Shown: positions 53,027 to 62,815, counted from the first letter of the stretch. The stretch is 64,000 nucleotides of DNA from Calditrichaceae bacterium (GCA_013360445.1 JABWBP010000003.1:2811-66810), one strand, 5' to 3'. Translations and numbers: made by a program. The notes: a model not told the origin generated them from the letters alone.

Positions 53027-53647
53027 ATGAAAAAGATTTCCGAATCCACCATTCGAAGGTTGTCGAAGTATTACCGTTCCCTGGAGCAATTGGTCGAAAA
53101 GAGAACCGACACCGTTTCCTCCGACCAGTTAGCGGAGATGGATGGAATTACCTCCGCCCAGGTGCGGAAAGACCTTTCCTTTTTTGGAACTTTCGGAAAA
53201 AGAGGACTGGGGTATAACACCAAAGCTCTCAAAAAGCAAATCGGGGAAATTCTGGGTCTGGTCAAAGAATGGCGCGTGGGAATCATCGGGGCCGGGAATA
53301 TCGGCCGGGCCCTGGTAAATTTCGGAGAGTTCAAAAAGCAGGGATTCAAGGTTACCCTGATCATGGATTCCGACCCGGCGAAGGTAGGAGAGCGCATTCA
53401 AGACCTGACCGTGGAGAGCACCGACCGCCTGACAACGCTGGTAAAATCCCACAAAATCGAGATCGCCATTGTCGCCGTGCCCACCCATGCCGCCCAGCGG
53501 GTGGCGGACGATCTGGTGAAGGCGGGTGTGCGGGCGATCTTGAATTTCGCTCCCATCAGCCTGAAAGTGCCTCCCAACGTGCAGGTCAAGTACGAAAACC
53601 CCGCCATCGAGATCGAATCGCTTTCATATTTTTTGAAAAATTCATGA
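53027..53647 (+). CDS. rex: Redox-sensing transcriptional repressor Rex
   Basis: STIRRLSKY, QVRKDLSFFG..GKRGLGY, GAGNIG and ILNFAP motifs. Confidence 0.95.
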   Translation: MKKISESTIRRLSKYYRSLEQLVEKRTDTVSSDQLAEMDGITSAQVRKDLSFFGTFGKRGLGYNTKALKKQIGEILGLVKEWRVGIIGAGNIGRALVNFGEFKKQGFKVTLIMDSDPAKVGERIQDLTVESTDRLTTLVKSHKIEIAIVAVPTHAAQRVADDLVKAGVRAILNFAPISLKVPPNVQVKYENPAIEIESLSYFLKNS

Positions 53648-53649
53648 TC

Positions 53650-53742
53650 AGATGGTTGCATGGCTGAATGGTTAAATGGTTTAATAGTTGGTTATTGATA
53701 TTTCAACAATTTAGCCATTCAGCCATCTAACCATTCAACTAT
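53650..53742. repeat. Inverted octamer arrays (ATGGTTAA / TAACCAT type) between convergent genes
   Basis: atggttgcatggctgaatggttaaatggtttaatagtt ... caatttagccattcagccatctaaccattcaactat; overlaps the stop of the radical SAM gene. Confidence 0.75.
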
Positions 53743-55023
53743 TTCCCGCCCGGGCAAAATTTTCACCATAGTCTTCCGCCCGAAATCCCGCTCGAATTCT
53801 TCGTTGCTGCCGTACACGTACCCGAAAGCGCTCCCCCAAATCGTCGCTTTTTCCATGCACAGGTACATAAACACCTCATCCCGCCAGGGTTTGAGGGCAT
53901 CGTACATGGTTCGGAACATCCGGATTTTGACCGCATCGGGATAGGTGAGCTTGCCGTGCGGATCCGCAACCATTTCCATCTGCAAGATTTTAGTCTGGTG
54001 ACCCAACTGGCGAATCTTCTGGATTGCCGGTTTGATCATAGTAATGGAGCCGAAGGAGATGAACGACACCTCTGCCGGGCTGAACCGCCGGAGCAGTTCG
54101 CCGGCGATGGCCGGGTACTCCTCCTCCCAGCCGGCGTAATACACCATGGGGTGAAAATGAAACGCAACCTTAACGCCCCGTTCCGCCACGGCGCGGGCGG
54201 CTGCGAGCCGCCGGGAAAGGCTGGCTGTAAAATGTTCCTCGTTTGCGATGATGGTGGGGGTGTTCAGCGACCAACTGCACACAATGTTGGAGGGTGTTTC
54301 GTTTTCCAGAAAATAAGCGACGTTGTCGGACTTGGTCTTGAATTCTAACAAAATATTGGGATGCTCCGCGGCAAAGCGGCACAAAGCATCCAAGTTGCCG
54401 TTGCGGTTGCCCCAGGCTAAAGAGTCCGAAGACTGCCCGGTGCCGAAATGGTAGAAGCGCCCCGGTTCGATGGGGATGGCCTTCAACTTTTCGGCGAAAT
54501 CTTCATCGAATACGATCCGCTCGCTGTAGAAAGTTTGAATGGTGCAATAACTGCACCCGAAGATGCAATTTTCCACCGCGTCGATGGTGCGGAGGTTGCA
54601 GCAGACCGTTTTAGGAGAGGCCACCGGGCAGGAACCCCAGATCTTTTTCTCAGATTTTTCCGTGACGATCTTGCTCTTTTCCCGTTTCTTCGGGCGGACC
54701 AATCCCTGTTCCGGGTAGCGCTTCGGGGAGCGCCGCAGCTCGGTTAAATGAATTTGCAGGCGCCGGAAAAGCTGTTTCTTCAGCGCCGCTCCCCGGGAAC
54801 CGTTTCGAGCGGACTCCGCCTCCCACCAGCTTTGCAAATCCGCTTCTCCCCAGCTTGCCAGGTCGCGGCAGGCCTCCACCGCCTGGCGGAATTCCTGGAA
54901 GCTGAAGCGATGGGCAAAAGCAATCTCCCGGATAAAACGCTGCTGTTCCGGGTCCAAAGCCTCGTAGAGCGTTTTATGCTGGAATGAAGCAAATTTTTCG
55001 GAGTAGTTGAGTTTGTGGTTCAT
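53719..55023 (-). CDS. SplB-like radical SAM protein (spore photoproduct lyase family) with N-terminal extension
   Basis: CPVA..CC, NCIFGCSYC (CxxxCxxC), GQSSDSL, EFKTKS, SWSLN and YLCME motifs. Confidence 0.82.
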   Translation of the reverse strand: MNHKLNYSEKFASFQHKTLYEALDPEQQRFIREIAFAHRFSFQEFRQAVEACRDLASWGEADLQSWWEAESARNGSRGAALKKQLFRRLQIHLTELRRSPKRYPEQGLVRPKKREKSKIVTEKSEKKIWGSCPVASPKTVCCNLRTIDAVENCIFGCSYCTIQTFYSERIVFDEDFAEKLKAIPIEPGRFYHFGTGQSSDSLAWGNRNGNLDALCRFAAEHPNILLEFKTKSDNVAYFLENETPSNIVCSWSLNTPTIIANEEHFTASLSRRLAAARAVAERGVKVAFHFHPMVYYAGWEEEYPAIAGELLRRFSPAEVSFISFGSITMIKPAIQKIRQLGHQTKILQMEMVADPHGKLTYPDAVKIRMFRTMYDALKPWRDEVFMYLCMEKATIWGSAFGYVYGSNEEFERDFGRKTMVKILPGREIVEWLDG

Positions 55024-55043
55024 GGTTTTAAAAGGTAAATCTT

Positions 55044-55244
55044 GTACTATCACCTGATCTTTGAGAATTTTCGGGGAATACGCGGTTTCAACACCCCTTT
55101 GACCTCACCTAACCCCTCCCGGCGCTTCGCGCCACCCTCCCCTTCCCTCTCCTGCCAGGAGAGGGAAGGGGAGGGTTGGGGTGGGGATGGGTGAGGTTAG
55201 GCGACAGAACGACATGGAAATTCTCAAATATCAGGTGATAGTAC
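55044..55244. mobile_element. 201-bp MITE with 27-bp terminal inverted repeats and 12-bp target-site duplication
   Basis: GTACTATCACCTGATCTTTGAGAATTT and AAATTCTCAAATATCAGGTGATAGTAC (1 mismatch); AAGGTAAATCTT at 55032-55043 and 55245-55256. Confidence 0.88.
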
Positions 55245-55287
55245 AAGGTAAATCTTAATACGTAAAAAACGGAACACGTATTACGTT

Positions 55288-56919
55288 TCACGGATTCATC
55301 CGCAAGAAATCCAGCGCCACGTCGGCGCGCACCCCGATATTGATCCCCACCGCCTCCTTGATCCGTTTGGTCACCATGGTTACTTTGTCGCTGCCGTCGG
55401 GATTTTTGAGCACGTTGCCCTGGGGATCGAGGGCCGGGGCCGGCACCACCACGGTTACGTTGCCCAGCCCGCTGTAGTGAACCCCCACCACCTCGCCGTT
55501 CTTGTTGAAAATGGGGCTGCCGCTGTTTCCCCCGGAGGTCTCGCAATTGTGCTGAATGTAGTTGCTCTCGATCATCCGCCCCACCGCGCCGGTGGAGAGG
55601 GTGGCGATGGGATTGTTGACATCCATGGTAATTCCCGGAAATCCCAACACTGCCAGGTCATAACCGCTTTCGAGCCTGGTAAGGTCGCCGGCGGGGGGAA
55701 ATTTGACCGGCTTCAGGGAGCCGCCGCCGGTATTCACTTGCAGATAGGCCAGGTCCGGGCGGTAACTTTTGGACTCATTGTACTGGGGGTGAATTTGAAT
55801 GTTAGAGATCTCGTAGATTACCTCCGGGCGCTTGTTCATAATTGCCACCCCGACGACGGAGGGGTTCATCTGCGTCGCCTGTAAAATCGGGACGGCCACG
55901 TGGGCGTTGGTCAGCAGCCCGTCTCCGCTCACGGCAAAGCCGGTGCCGATTGGCTCGGCGCTGAAATCCTGCTTGTTCATAATCGCGATCATAAAAATCG
56001 ACTCGCGGTTCTCCGCCGCCACTTCCTGGAAGCTTTTCAGGGATTTCAGGAGGTCGTTGGAAAGATTGTCCAGGTTGGTGAGCTGGCTGCGGGTTCTTTG
56101 CAGGTCGTCCATGATCGCGGCGGTGCGATCCTGTTCCTGGTTGAGCATGTCCTGCATGGCCTGCATCTGCGCCCGGCTGACCGTGGCGTCGCGCTGTGCC
56201 TGGTCGAGCTGTTCCTGGATCGCCTGGGTGCGCTGCTGCGATTCGGAGAGCTGCTTTTTGAAATTATTTTCCACCGCGGTCAGCTCCTGGCGGTGCTGAT
56301 TGGCGGCGACCCGGAGATCTTTTTTGAGCTGCGCGTTCATATAAATCAACCCGCCCACGCTGCCCAACAACAACACCACAATCACCGCGGAAACGATGCG
56401 CAGTTTTTGGGAGGATTTGGTGACCGCCTGGCTCACCATTTCGCGCATGAACACCGTGGTGCTGCCGAAACGCCCCCCGCGGCTCTGCTTCGCCTGCGCC
56501 AGGGCGTCCTGGATCATCATCTGCACGGTTTTTACCCCCGGCCCGCCGCTTTTTTGCGCTCCTTCCCCGGCGCTCACCGAGGTCGCCCGGAGCGTCGCCG
56601 GCGCGGCCGCGGGTATCTCGCAGCGCACCTGCGGGCCGCCCTTGCCGAATTCGATCACGTCGCCGTCTTTCAAAACCTGGCGCTCGCTAACCCGGTTTCC
56701 GTTCACAAAGGTTCCGTTGGTGCTGTTGAGATCGTAGAGCAGGAAGCGGCCCTCTTCTAAGCGGATTTCCGCGTGATTTCCGGAAGCGCGAATGTCTTCT
56801 TTCGCGTCGAAAGCCACGTCGTTGCCGGGCTGCCGCCCGAATTTGATCGACTTAGGGTCGTGAAACGCCTGGGTTTGTCCCTTCCGCGCTCCAAAAATGT
56901 GAATGAGCCTGATTTCCAT
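55288..56919 (-). CDS. FHA domain, TM, coiled coil and trypsin-like serine protease
   Basis: FHA motifs FGR, SGNHA and STNGTFVNG; triad motifs LTNAHV, PDLA and GGNSGSP. Confidence 0.9.
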   Translation of the reverse strand: MEIRLIHIFGARKGQTQAFHDPKSIKFGRQPGNDVAFDAKEDIRASGNHAEIRLEEGRFLLYDLNSTNGTFVNGNRVSERQVLKDGDVIEFGKGGPQVRCEIPAAAPATLRATSVSAGEGAQKSGGPGVKTVQMMIQDALAQAKQSRGGRFGSTTVFMREMVSQAVTKSSQKLRIVSAVIVVLLLGSVGGLIYMNAQLKKDLRVAANQHRQELTAVENNFKKQLSESQQRTQAIQEQLDQAQRDATVSRAQMQAMQDMLNQEQDRTAAIMDDLQRTRSQLTNLDNLSNDLLKSLKSFQEVAAENRESIFMIAIMNKQDFSAEPIGTGFAVSGDGLLTNAHVAVPILQATQMNPSVVGVAIMNKRPEVIYEISNIQIHPQYNESKSYRPDLAYLQVNTGGGSLKPVKFPPAGDLTRLESGYDLAVLGFPGITMDVNNPIATLSTGAVGRMIESNYIQHNCETSGGNSGSPIFNKNGEVVGVHYSGLGNVTVVVPAPALDPQGNVLKNPDGSDKVTMVTKRIKEAVGINIGVRADVALDFLRMNP

Positions 56920-56948
56920 GGATGGTTCCTGTTATGTGGTGGAGAACT

Positions 56949-58649
56949 TCACTCTTTGCCCAAATTGGCAGAATCGGGAGAAGCGGGCTGCCGGAGGCCG
57001 GTCAGCTTTTCTTTCAATGATCTCAATATATCCAGCCCCTGCAAAAATTTCTTTGAGCCGCTCCGCGCCTCCTCAACGTCGCTGCTCAACAGGGAGGGCT
57101 GGGAGGTTTGCAGCAATTCCCGGGCGGTAGCCAGGGAATCGTTGAGCGATTGCCAGCGGGGGTGGCGGCGATCCAGCGCCGCCATCCGGGTTTGCACGTA
57201 GGGATAGGCGGAATCGACGGCGTTCTGCAGGTAGCGCTGAAGCCCGGCGTGAAATTCCTGCGAAGGCAACCCCGCCAAGCGTTCCGTTTCCGCGGAGGTG
57301 AGGGCGGGAAGCGAATTCCCGGGGTTCACGGCGTCGGTTTTCTGTTTGATCTGCCCCCAATTTTCCAGCCAGAACGCCCGCAGAACCGCTCCTGCGGCGC
57401 CGTCTGGCGGGCGGCTCGATTCTCTCTCCAGTTCGGCTTTCCAGCCGGCGAGGTGCTTTTCCGCGGAGTCGCCCAAGGCGGCGGCGCGGTTGAAATCGTT
57501 TTGCTCCAGCGCGGAGCGGGCTTCTTTTAGAAAACCGGCGACTCGCGCGGTATCTACCAGCAGCGGGTGAGAGGCGGGGAGCAATTTCAGATTCTCCCGG
57601 TTCCCGGCCAGGTAGCTCTCATAGCGATTGCGGAGCTGGCTCAGGCGGTCGCCGGTCTGTTTCTGGCGCTCCTGGCGGATCATGAAACCCGCAACAAACC
57701 AGGCCAGCATCAATCCCGCCGCCGCTAAAATGATTGCCAGCCAGACGGTTTTCAACCGGCCCCTGGAACCAGCCTGAGCAGCGTCTTCATCGGAAGCAAG
57801 AGCGGCCTCGAACTTGCGCAGCACCCGGGGAACCGGGACTTCGTTCTCTTTGGGAGCCGGGAGCCCGGAGCCGGAAAAGCGGCTGAGCACCGCGGTGATG
57901 TTATCGGGGCCGCCCCGTTCGTTGGCGAACATGATCAGGCGCTGCACCGCTTCGGAGAGGTCCGGCGCCCCGGCCACGATCTCGCGAATCTCCTCTTTTT
58001 GGACCACGCCAGATAACCCGTCGCTGCACAGCAGCAGGTAATCCCCGTCGCAGGGCTGGATCGAGACCGCCGCCACGCTGAGTTTTCCCTGGTTCCCCAG
58101 CGCCTGCAGGATCACGTTGCGCCGGGGGTGGACTTCCGCTTCTTCTTCGCTAATTTTCCCCGCTTCGATAAGCTGGTTGACGAATGACTGGTCGCGGGTA
58201 AGCTGCCGGATCATATTCTGCCGGATCAAATAGGCGCGGCTGTCTCCCACCTGGGCAATATAGATTTTATCTTTGAAAAACCCTGCCAGGGTAGCGGTGG
58301 CGCCCATCCCGCGCATCTGGGGATGCTGTTTGGCGTGGTCTAAAATCGCGCGGTTGGCCGCTTCCAGCGCCTGCACCAACTGTTCCACAAAGCGGGATTC
58401 CCCGGAGGACTGGAGGCCGCGCAGTTTTTCCCGGGCGGTTTTCACCGCCAGGCTGCTGGCAACCTCCCCGGCCGCCGCACCGCCCATGCCGTCGGAAACC
58501 ATGAAAATGGGCGTGCCGCCCTGGGGAGAAAATTCCATCACCCTGGGGAGCCGGTTGCCCTGCTCGCTGCTAAAATCGCCGACCAGGAAGCTGTCCTCGT
58601 TCCCGTCGCGCGCCCTGCCGATGTCCGTTTGTGCGAATGCTTTGATCAT
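56949..58649 (-). CDS. Stp1-type PP2C Ser/Thr phosphatase with TM and extracytoplasmic helical domain
   Basis: GR.R..NED, VSDGMGG, VGDSRAY, CSDGL and GGPDNIT motifs, then a TM. Confidence 0.92.
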   Translation of the reverse strand: MIKAFAQTDIGRARDGNEDSFLVGDFSSEQGNRLPRVMEFSPQGGTPIFMVSDGMGGAAAGEVASSLAVKTAREKLRGLQSSGESRFVEQLVQALEAANRAILDHAKQHPQMRGMGATATLAGFFKDKIYIAQVGDSRAYLIRQNMIRQLTRDQSFVNQLIEAGKISEEEAEVHPRRNVILQALGNQGKLSVAAVSIQPCDGDYLLLCSDGLSGVVQKEEIREIVAGAPDLSEAVQRLIMFANERGGPDNITAVLSRFSGSGLPAPKENEVPVPRVLRKFEAALASDEDAAQAGSRGRLKTVWLAIILAAAGLMLAWFVAGFMIRQERQKQTGDRLSQLRNRYESYLAGNRENLKLLPASHPLLVDTARVAGFLKEARSALEQNDFNRAAALGDSAEKHLAGWKAELERESSRPPDGAAGAVLRAFWLENWGQIKQKTDAVNPGNSLPALTSAETERLAGLPSQEFHAGLQRYLQNAVDSAYPYVQTRMAALDRRHPRWQSLNDSLATARELLQTSQPSLLSSDVEEARSGSKKFLQGLDILRSLKEKLTGLRQPASPDSANLGKE

Positions 58650-58674
58650 TTTCGTAATCGTTGAAAAAATGGAA

Positions 58675-58806
58675 AGTGATACGTGAAACGTAATGCATAA
58701 AAGAGTTTACCCTGCGCTCAGTTTATCCTGAGCTTGCCGAAGGGTCGAAGGGTAATGCGTAATTCGTATTCCGTTTTTACGTTTTACGCATCACGCATCA
58801 AGCCTC
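58675..58806. repeat. Heptamer arrays around a CCTGAGCTTGCCGAAGGG motif
   Basis: gtgatacgtgaaacgtaatgc ... tttttacgttttacgcatcacgcatc, with central cctgagcttgccgaagggtcgaaggg. Confidence 0.6.
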
Positions 58807-58808
58807 AT

Positions 58809-60899
58809 CTACCTCATATAAACGTCCACGTAATCCCACACTCCGTCGCAGGGGCTTTCGCCCTCCTGCATGCGCCAGTAGCGCCGCCCCTCATAGCTGC
58901 GGAAGGTGTAGCGCCCTTCCCGAACGCAGGGATTGCCGTTGTTGTTGCCGGAGACTTTGGTGGTGATCTTGCCGTTGAAAATGAAGCCGTTTGACTCTAC
59001 CTTCTCGATCACCCCGTCGATGCGCAGGTAGCCGTCGCCGCCGCGCTCCCGTTGCTCGCCTTTGATGCTGAGCAAACCGGATTGCCCCTCTGTGACGGTC
59101 GCTTTGCCGAAATAATCCCAACTGATCCACTGTAAAGAGAAGAGGTGATCGCCTAAAAGCGCTTCATAGGTGCGGCGATCCGCCACCTGGGTTTTGAAGG
59201 AAAGCTGGTCGTAAATGCTGGTTTGCGAAGGGTTCAGGGTGTAAGAACGGAAGGTGAGGATCAGGGCGGTAACGGTCTCGGTAACCGGCGCGTACCCCTC
59301 CCGGGAAACAGAAATCTCGTAAGTTTCCCCCACAGTCACCGGGAAGGTTCTCTGGCCGCCGCTTCCCACCGTTGGGTAAACCGGGATTGCCGAGCCGGCC
59401 TGCCGCACGCTCACTTGGGCGTCTTCCGGCGCAACGGAAATCTTCAATTCACCGGGTTTTTTCTCCGGCTGCAGTTGGATCGAGAGGGTGGTTACTTCAT
59501 CTTTATAGATCCAGGCGGTTTGTTGGGCGCTCTCATACCCGTCTTTCGAAGCGGTAACGGTGTATTCCCCGGCGGGAAGGCGGTAAGCGAAGCTGGATTC
59601 ATCCAAAAACTCTTCATCGAGGGCGGCCTGCGCCGGAATGATTCGATAGGATTGCGGCGCAGGGATGGAAAATCCGAGCCGGCCCCCTTGCGGCCTGCCG
59701 GCCCCGGCCGAAGGGATGGGCGTGATATCATCCGGCGACACCTCCGGCGAATAGACCTCCACATACGCCCCCGCGGGGGTAACCCGCACGGTCAGCTCGC
59801 CGTACTCGGTCGCAAAAAAGAGAAAATAAACCGCCAGGAGCGCTAAAATCAGCAGGGCCGGGGCGGCGATTTTCACCCACCCGGGCAGGTTCTTGAAACC
59901 TCCCCCGCCCCCATCGCCGCGGTACACCTCGGTTTTCTCGATTCCCGTAGCGACCGCGGTTTTGTCGATGCTTACCTCGGTTTTCGGGATGAGCGATTTG
60001 GAGAGCCTGCCGGTCTTGGCGGTTTTGGTCTGCGGCGCGCCGGCCGCCGCTTCCAGGCTCTGCTGCAGCTCGCTGATGGATTGAAAGCGTTTGGCGGGGT
60101 CTTTTTCCAGGGCCTTCAGCACGATTTTTTCCACCGCCTCGGGAATGGCTATATTGGGGCGGAATTTGCGCGGGGGGACCGGTTTTTCCTTCACGTGCTT
60201 CATCAGCAGTTTGAACGGGGTATCCGCCTGGAAAGGGGTCTCGCCGGTGAGCAGCTCGTACATGATGATTCCCAGGGAGTACACGTCCGAGCGGTGATCT
60301 AAGGGCAGCCCCTCCACCTGCTCCGGCGACATGTACTGGGGCGTGCCGATGATCATCCCGGTCTGGGTGAGCCGGGTCATCCCCTGCTGCTCCCCCAGCA
60401 CCTTGGCGATCCCGAAATCCAGTACTTTTACTTCCTCGGAACCGTCGCGTTTGCGGGACAGGTAGATGTTGCTGGGCTTCAAATCCCGGTGAACGATGCC
60501 TAAGTCATGCGCTTCCGCCAGGGCGTAACACACCTGGCGAACAATGTTGGCGACGCGCGGCAACTCCAGCGCCCCGCTTTTGCGGATCACGTCATCTAAA
60601 CTCTCTCCTTCGATGTATTCCATCACCAGGAAGGAGAGGCTGCCTTCCACCCCGAAGTCGTAAATGTGGATGGCGTTGGCCTGGCGCAGCTTGCTGGTGG
60701 TTTTCGCTTCCCGCTGGAAACGTTTCAGCGCCTCTTCGTTGCCGGTCATGTGCGGGTGGAGGATTTTGAGCGCCACGATCCGCTCCACGCTGGTTTGCAT
60801 GGCCTTGTACACCACCCCCATGCCTCCTTCGCCGAGCTTCTGCAGGATTTCATAGCGCCCGGCGATGGTCTTGCCGATCATCTGGTCAGTTTGCTCCAT
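58809..60899 (-). CDS. Hanks-type Ser/Thr kinase with TM and PEGA-like extracellular repeats
   Basis: GEGGMG, VALK, HRDLKPSN, DFGIAK, GTPQYMSPE and SDVYSLG motifs; TM; PEGA-like segments. Confidence 0.95.
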   Translation of the reverse strand: MEQTDQMIGKTIAGRYEILQKLGEGGMGVVYKAMQTSVERIVALKILHPHMTGNEEALKRFQREAKTTSKLRQANAIHIYDFGVEGSLSFLVMEYIEGESLDDVIRKSGALELPRVANIVRQVCYALAEAHDLGIVHRDLKPSNIYLSRKRDGSEEVKVLDFGIAKVLGEQQGMTRLTQTGMIIGTPQYMSPEQVEGLPLDHRSDVYSLGIIMYELLTGETPFQADTPFKLLMKHVKEKPVPPRKFRPNIAIPEAVEKIVLKALEKDPAKRFQSISELQQSLEAAAGAPQTKTAKTGRLSKSLIPKTEVSIDKTAVATGIEKTEVYRGDGGGGGFKNLPGWVKIAAPALLILALLAVYFLFFATEYGELTVRVTPAGAYVEVYSPEVSPDDITPIPSAGAGRPQGGRLGFSIPAPQSYRIIPAQAALDEEFLDESSFAYRLPAGEYTVTASKDGYESAQQTAWIYKDEVTTLSIQLQPEKKPGELKISVAPEDAQVSVRQAGSAIPVYPTVGSGGQRTFPVTVGETYEISVSREGYAPVTETVTALILTFRSYTLNPSQTSIYDQLSFKTQVADRRTYEALLGDHLFSLQWISWDYFGKATVTEGQSGLLSIKGEQRERGGDGYLRIDGVIEKVESNGFIFNGKITTKVSGNNNGNPCVREGRYTFRSYEGRRYWRMQEGESPCDGVWDYVDVYMR

Positions 60900-61106
60900 A
60901 AACCTTGCTCATGTTAGTACAAAGCGATATTTTACCGGTGACTCTATCCTCAATCATTCAAGGATAAAGAGTGAAGGATATAGGGATAAATAGGGCATTT
61001 TAAAGCAGGTGTTTAAATTTGGCAGAAAACACTCTTTTCCCCCGGCAGCGATCTCGCTCCCCCCGAACGGTAAAAAACGGCGAAATGTAATCATTTTTTT
61101 TTAAAC

Positions 61107-61136
61107 TGCAAACTTTTTGATGTGTGATTTTGTCAA
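61107..61136 (+). promoter_or_regulatory. Possible ECF-type autoregulatory promoter
   Basis: TGCAAAC-N17-TGTCAA about 25 bp upstream of the sigma ATG; resembles AAC/GTC ECF elements. Confidence 0.3.
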
Positions 61137-61159
61137 ATGTTTGAAATTGGCGGAAAGAT

Positions 61160-61732
61160 ATGGATGCTCGCGAGACCGAATTGATCCAACGCGCCCAGCG
61201 CGGCAGCGCGGAGGCCTTCGATGAACTGGTGCGGCTGCACGACCGGCAGATTTTGCAGATGATCTACAGCATCGTGGGCAACCGGCAGGACGCCGGGGAC
61301 GTGTACCAGGAGACCTTCATCCGCGCCTTTTCCCGGATCTCCACTTTCCGCTTCGAGAGCGAGTTGAGCACCTGGCTGGGGCGGATCGCCATCAACCTGG
61401 CCTTGAATTGGCGCAAGCGGCTGCATCGGAAGAACGTTTTCTCCCTGGAAGCGCAAAGCGAGTCTCCGGAAGACTCCCCGCGGGAAATCCGCGCGGAGGG
61501 AGAAGAAGGCGCAGAAGATGCCCTGTTGAGCCGGGAGCTGAGCCGCCAGGTCGAAAACGGCCTGCGCCGGCTGCCGGCGCAGCAGCGAACTGTGTTCATT
61601 CTCAAACATACCCACGGTTACAAGATCAGGGAGATCGCGGAGATGCTCGGCTGCGCGGAAGGAACCGTGAAAAACCAGCTTTTCAGGGCTGCGGAGCGGC
61701 TGCGGCAGGTCTTGCAGCCGTACTTTTCTTAG
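61160..61732 (+). CDS. ECF RNA polymerase sigma factor
   Basis: DAGDVYQETFI, STWL.RIA.N and EIAEML..EGTVK motifs. Confidence 0.95.
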   Translation: MDARETELIQRAQRGSAEAFDELVRLHDRQILQMIYSIVGNRQDAGDVYQETFIRAFSRISTFRFESELSTWLGRIAINLALNWRKRLHRKNVFSLEAQSESPEDSPREIRAEGEEGAEDALLSRELSRQVENGLRRLPAQQRTVFILKHTHGYKIREIAEMLGCAEGTVKNQLFRAAERLRQVLQPYFS

Positions 61733-61764
61733 ACCTCAAAGGTTTTTGGAAACCTTTGAGGTCT
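61731..61764. repeat. Perfect 15-bp-stem REP-like hairpin
   Basis: AGACCTCAAAGGTTT-TTGG-AAACCTTTGAGGTCT. Confidence 0.8.
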
Positions 61765-61792
61765 TGGGGAAACAAGCAAATCGGGTGTAGTG

Positions 61793-62791
61793 ATGAAAGC
61801 ACATGAAAAGTATCGTAAGAACCTGGCGCTGCACGCCTTCGGGGAACTGAACGAAGCGGAACGCGCCGAACTGGAAGCGCACCTGGGCGCTTGCGCCGAA
61901 TGCCGGGCGGAGTTAGAACAGCTCCGGGCGCTGCGCCGCGCCGCCCCGGCTCAGCCCGCCTGGGAGCCGGATGAAGCCGCCCTGCAAAGCCTGCGCAACC
62001 GCGTTTCCCGGGAAATCCGCCGGCGGGCGCGTAAATCCGCCGGTTTGGGGGAGCAACTGTTGAATTTCCTCCAGCCCGCCCCGCTGCTGCGCATCGGTCT
62101 GGCGGCGGCGCTGTTCATCATCGGGTTTTTCCTGGGGCGGCAGGGCCTGCCCTCCAAACCGGGCGACGCCGACGCGGTTCTGCAGGATTTGTTGACCGCC
62201 AGCGGCCAGGTTCAATCCGGCAATAGCGCCGTCAATCCCCTGCTGGCCAGCGTGGAGCGGATCGAATACGATTCCCAAACCGGCAAAATCCGCATTTTCT
62301 ACACCACCTTGAATGACATCGAGCTGCGCGGAAACCTGCTGCGGCAAACCGGCGACGATGCCGCCATTCGCCAACTGCTGCGGGAAGCGCTGTTAGAAGA
62401 GCAAAACCCCGCGGTGCGGTTGCACGCGGTGAAGGCGGTAACCTCCCTGGCGGAACAAAACGCTCCCCTGGGGGGAGACATCATCGAAGCGCTGGCAATG
62501 CTGTTAGAAAAGGAGCAAAACCCGGGCGTGCGCCTGAGAGTGCTGCGGGCGCTCAAACACGCCCAACCCCATCCGGCATTGAAAATCACCCTGCTGCGCA
62601 TTTTGCTGGATGATCCCAATCCCGCCCTGCGGATAGAAGCGCTGGAAGCCCTGCTGAGCGGGGAATTGAGCGCCGAGGACCTCAATATCCTGAAAAAGGT
62701 CGCCCGGCAGGATTCCAACAGCTATGTGCGCTCCCTGGCCGGACAGGCGCTGGATAAAGCGGAAAAGGCGCCAGCGCCAGCGAATATCTGA
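61793..62791 (+). CDS. Anti-sigma factor: zf-HC2 (ZAS), TM and HEAT repeats
   Basis: HLGACAEC; TM; repeated E.NP.VRL..AL HEAT motifs. Confidence 0.88.
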   Translation: MKAHEKYRKNLALHAFGELNEAERAELEAHLGACAECRAELEQLRALRRAAPAQPAWEPDEAALQSLRNRVSREIRRRARKSAGLGEQLLNFLQPAPLLRIGLAAALFIIGFFLGRQGLPSKPGDADAVLQDLLTASGQVQSGNSAVNPLLASVERIEYDSQTGKIRIFYTTLNDIELRGNLLRQTGDDAAIRQLLREALLEEQNPAVRLHAVKAVTSLAEQNAPLGGDIIEALAMLLEKEQNPGVRLRVLRALKHAQPHPALKITLLRILLDDPNPALRIEALEALLSGELSAEDLNILKKVARQDSNSYVRSLAGQALDKAEKAPAPANI

Positions 62792-62815
62792 ACAAAACAC
62801 CCAAAGGAGTCTCAC

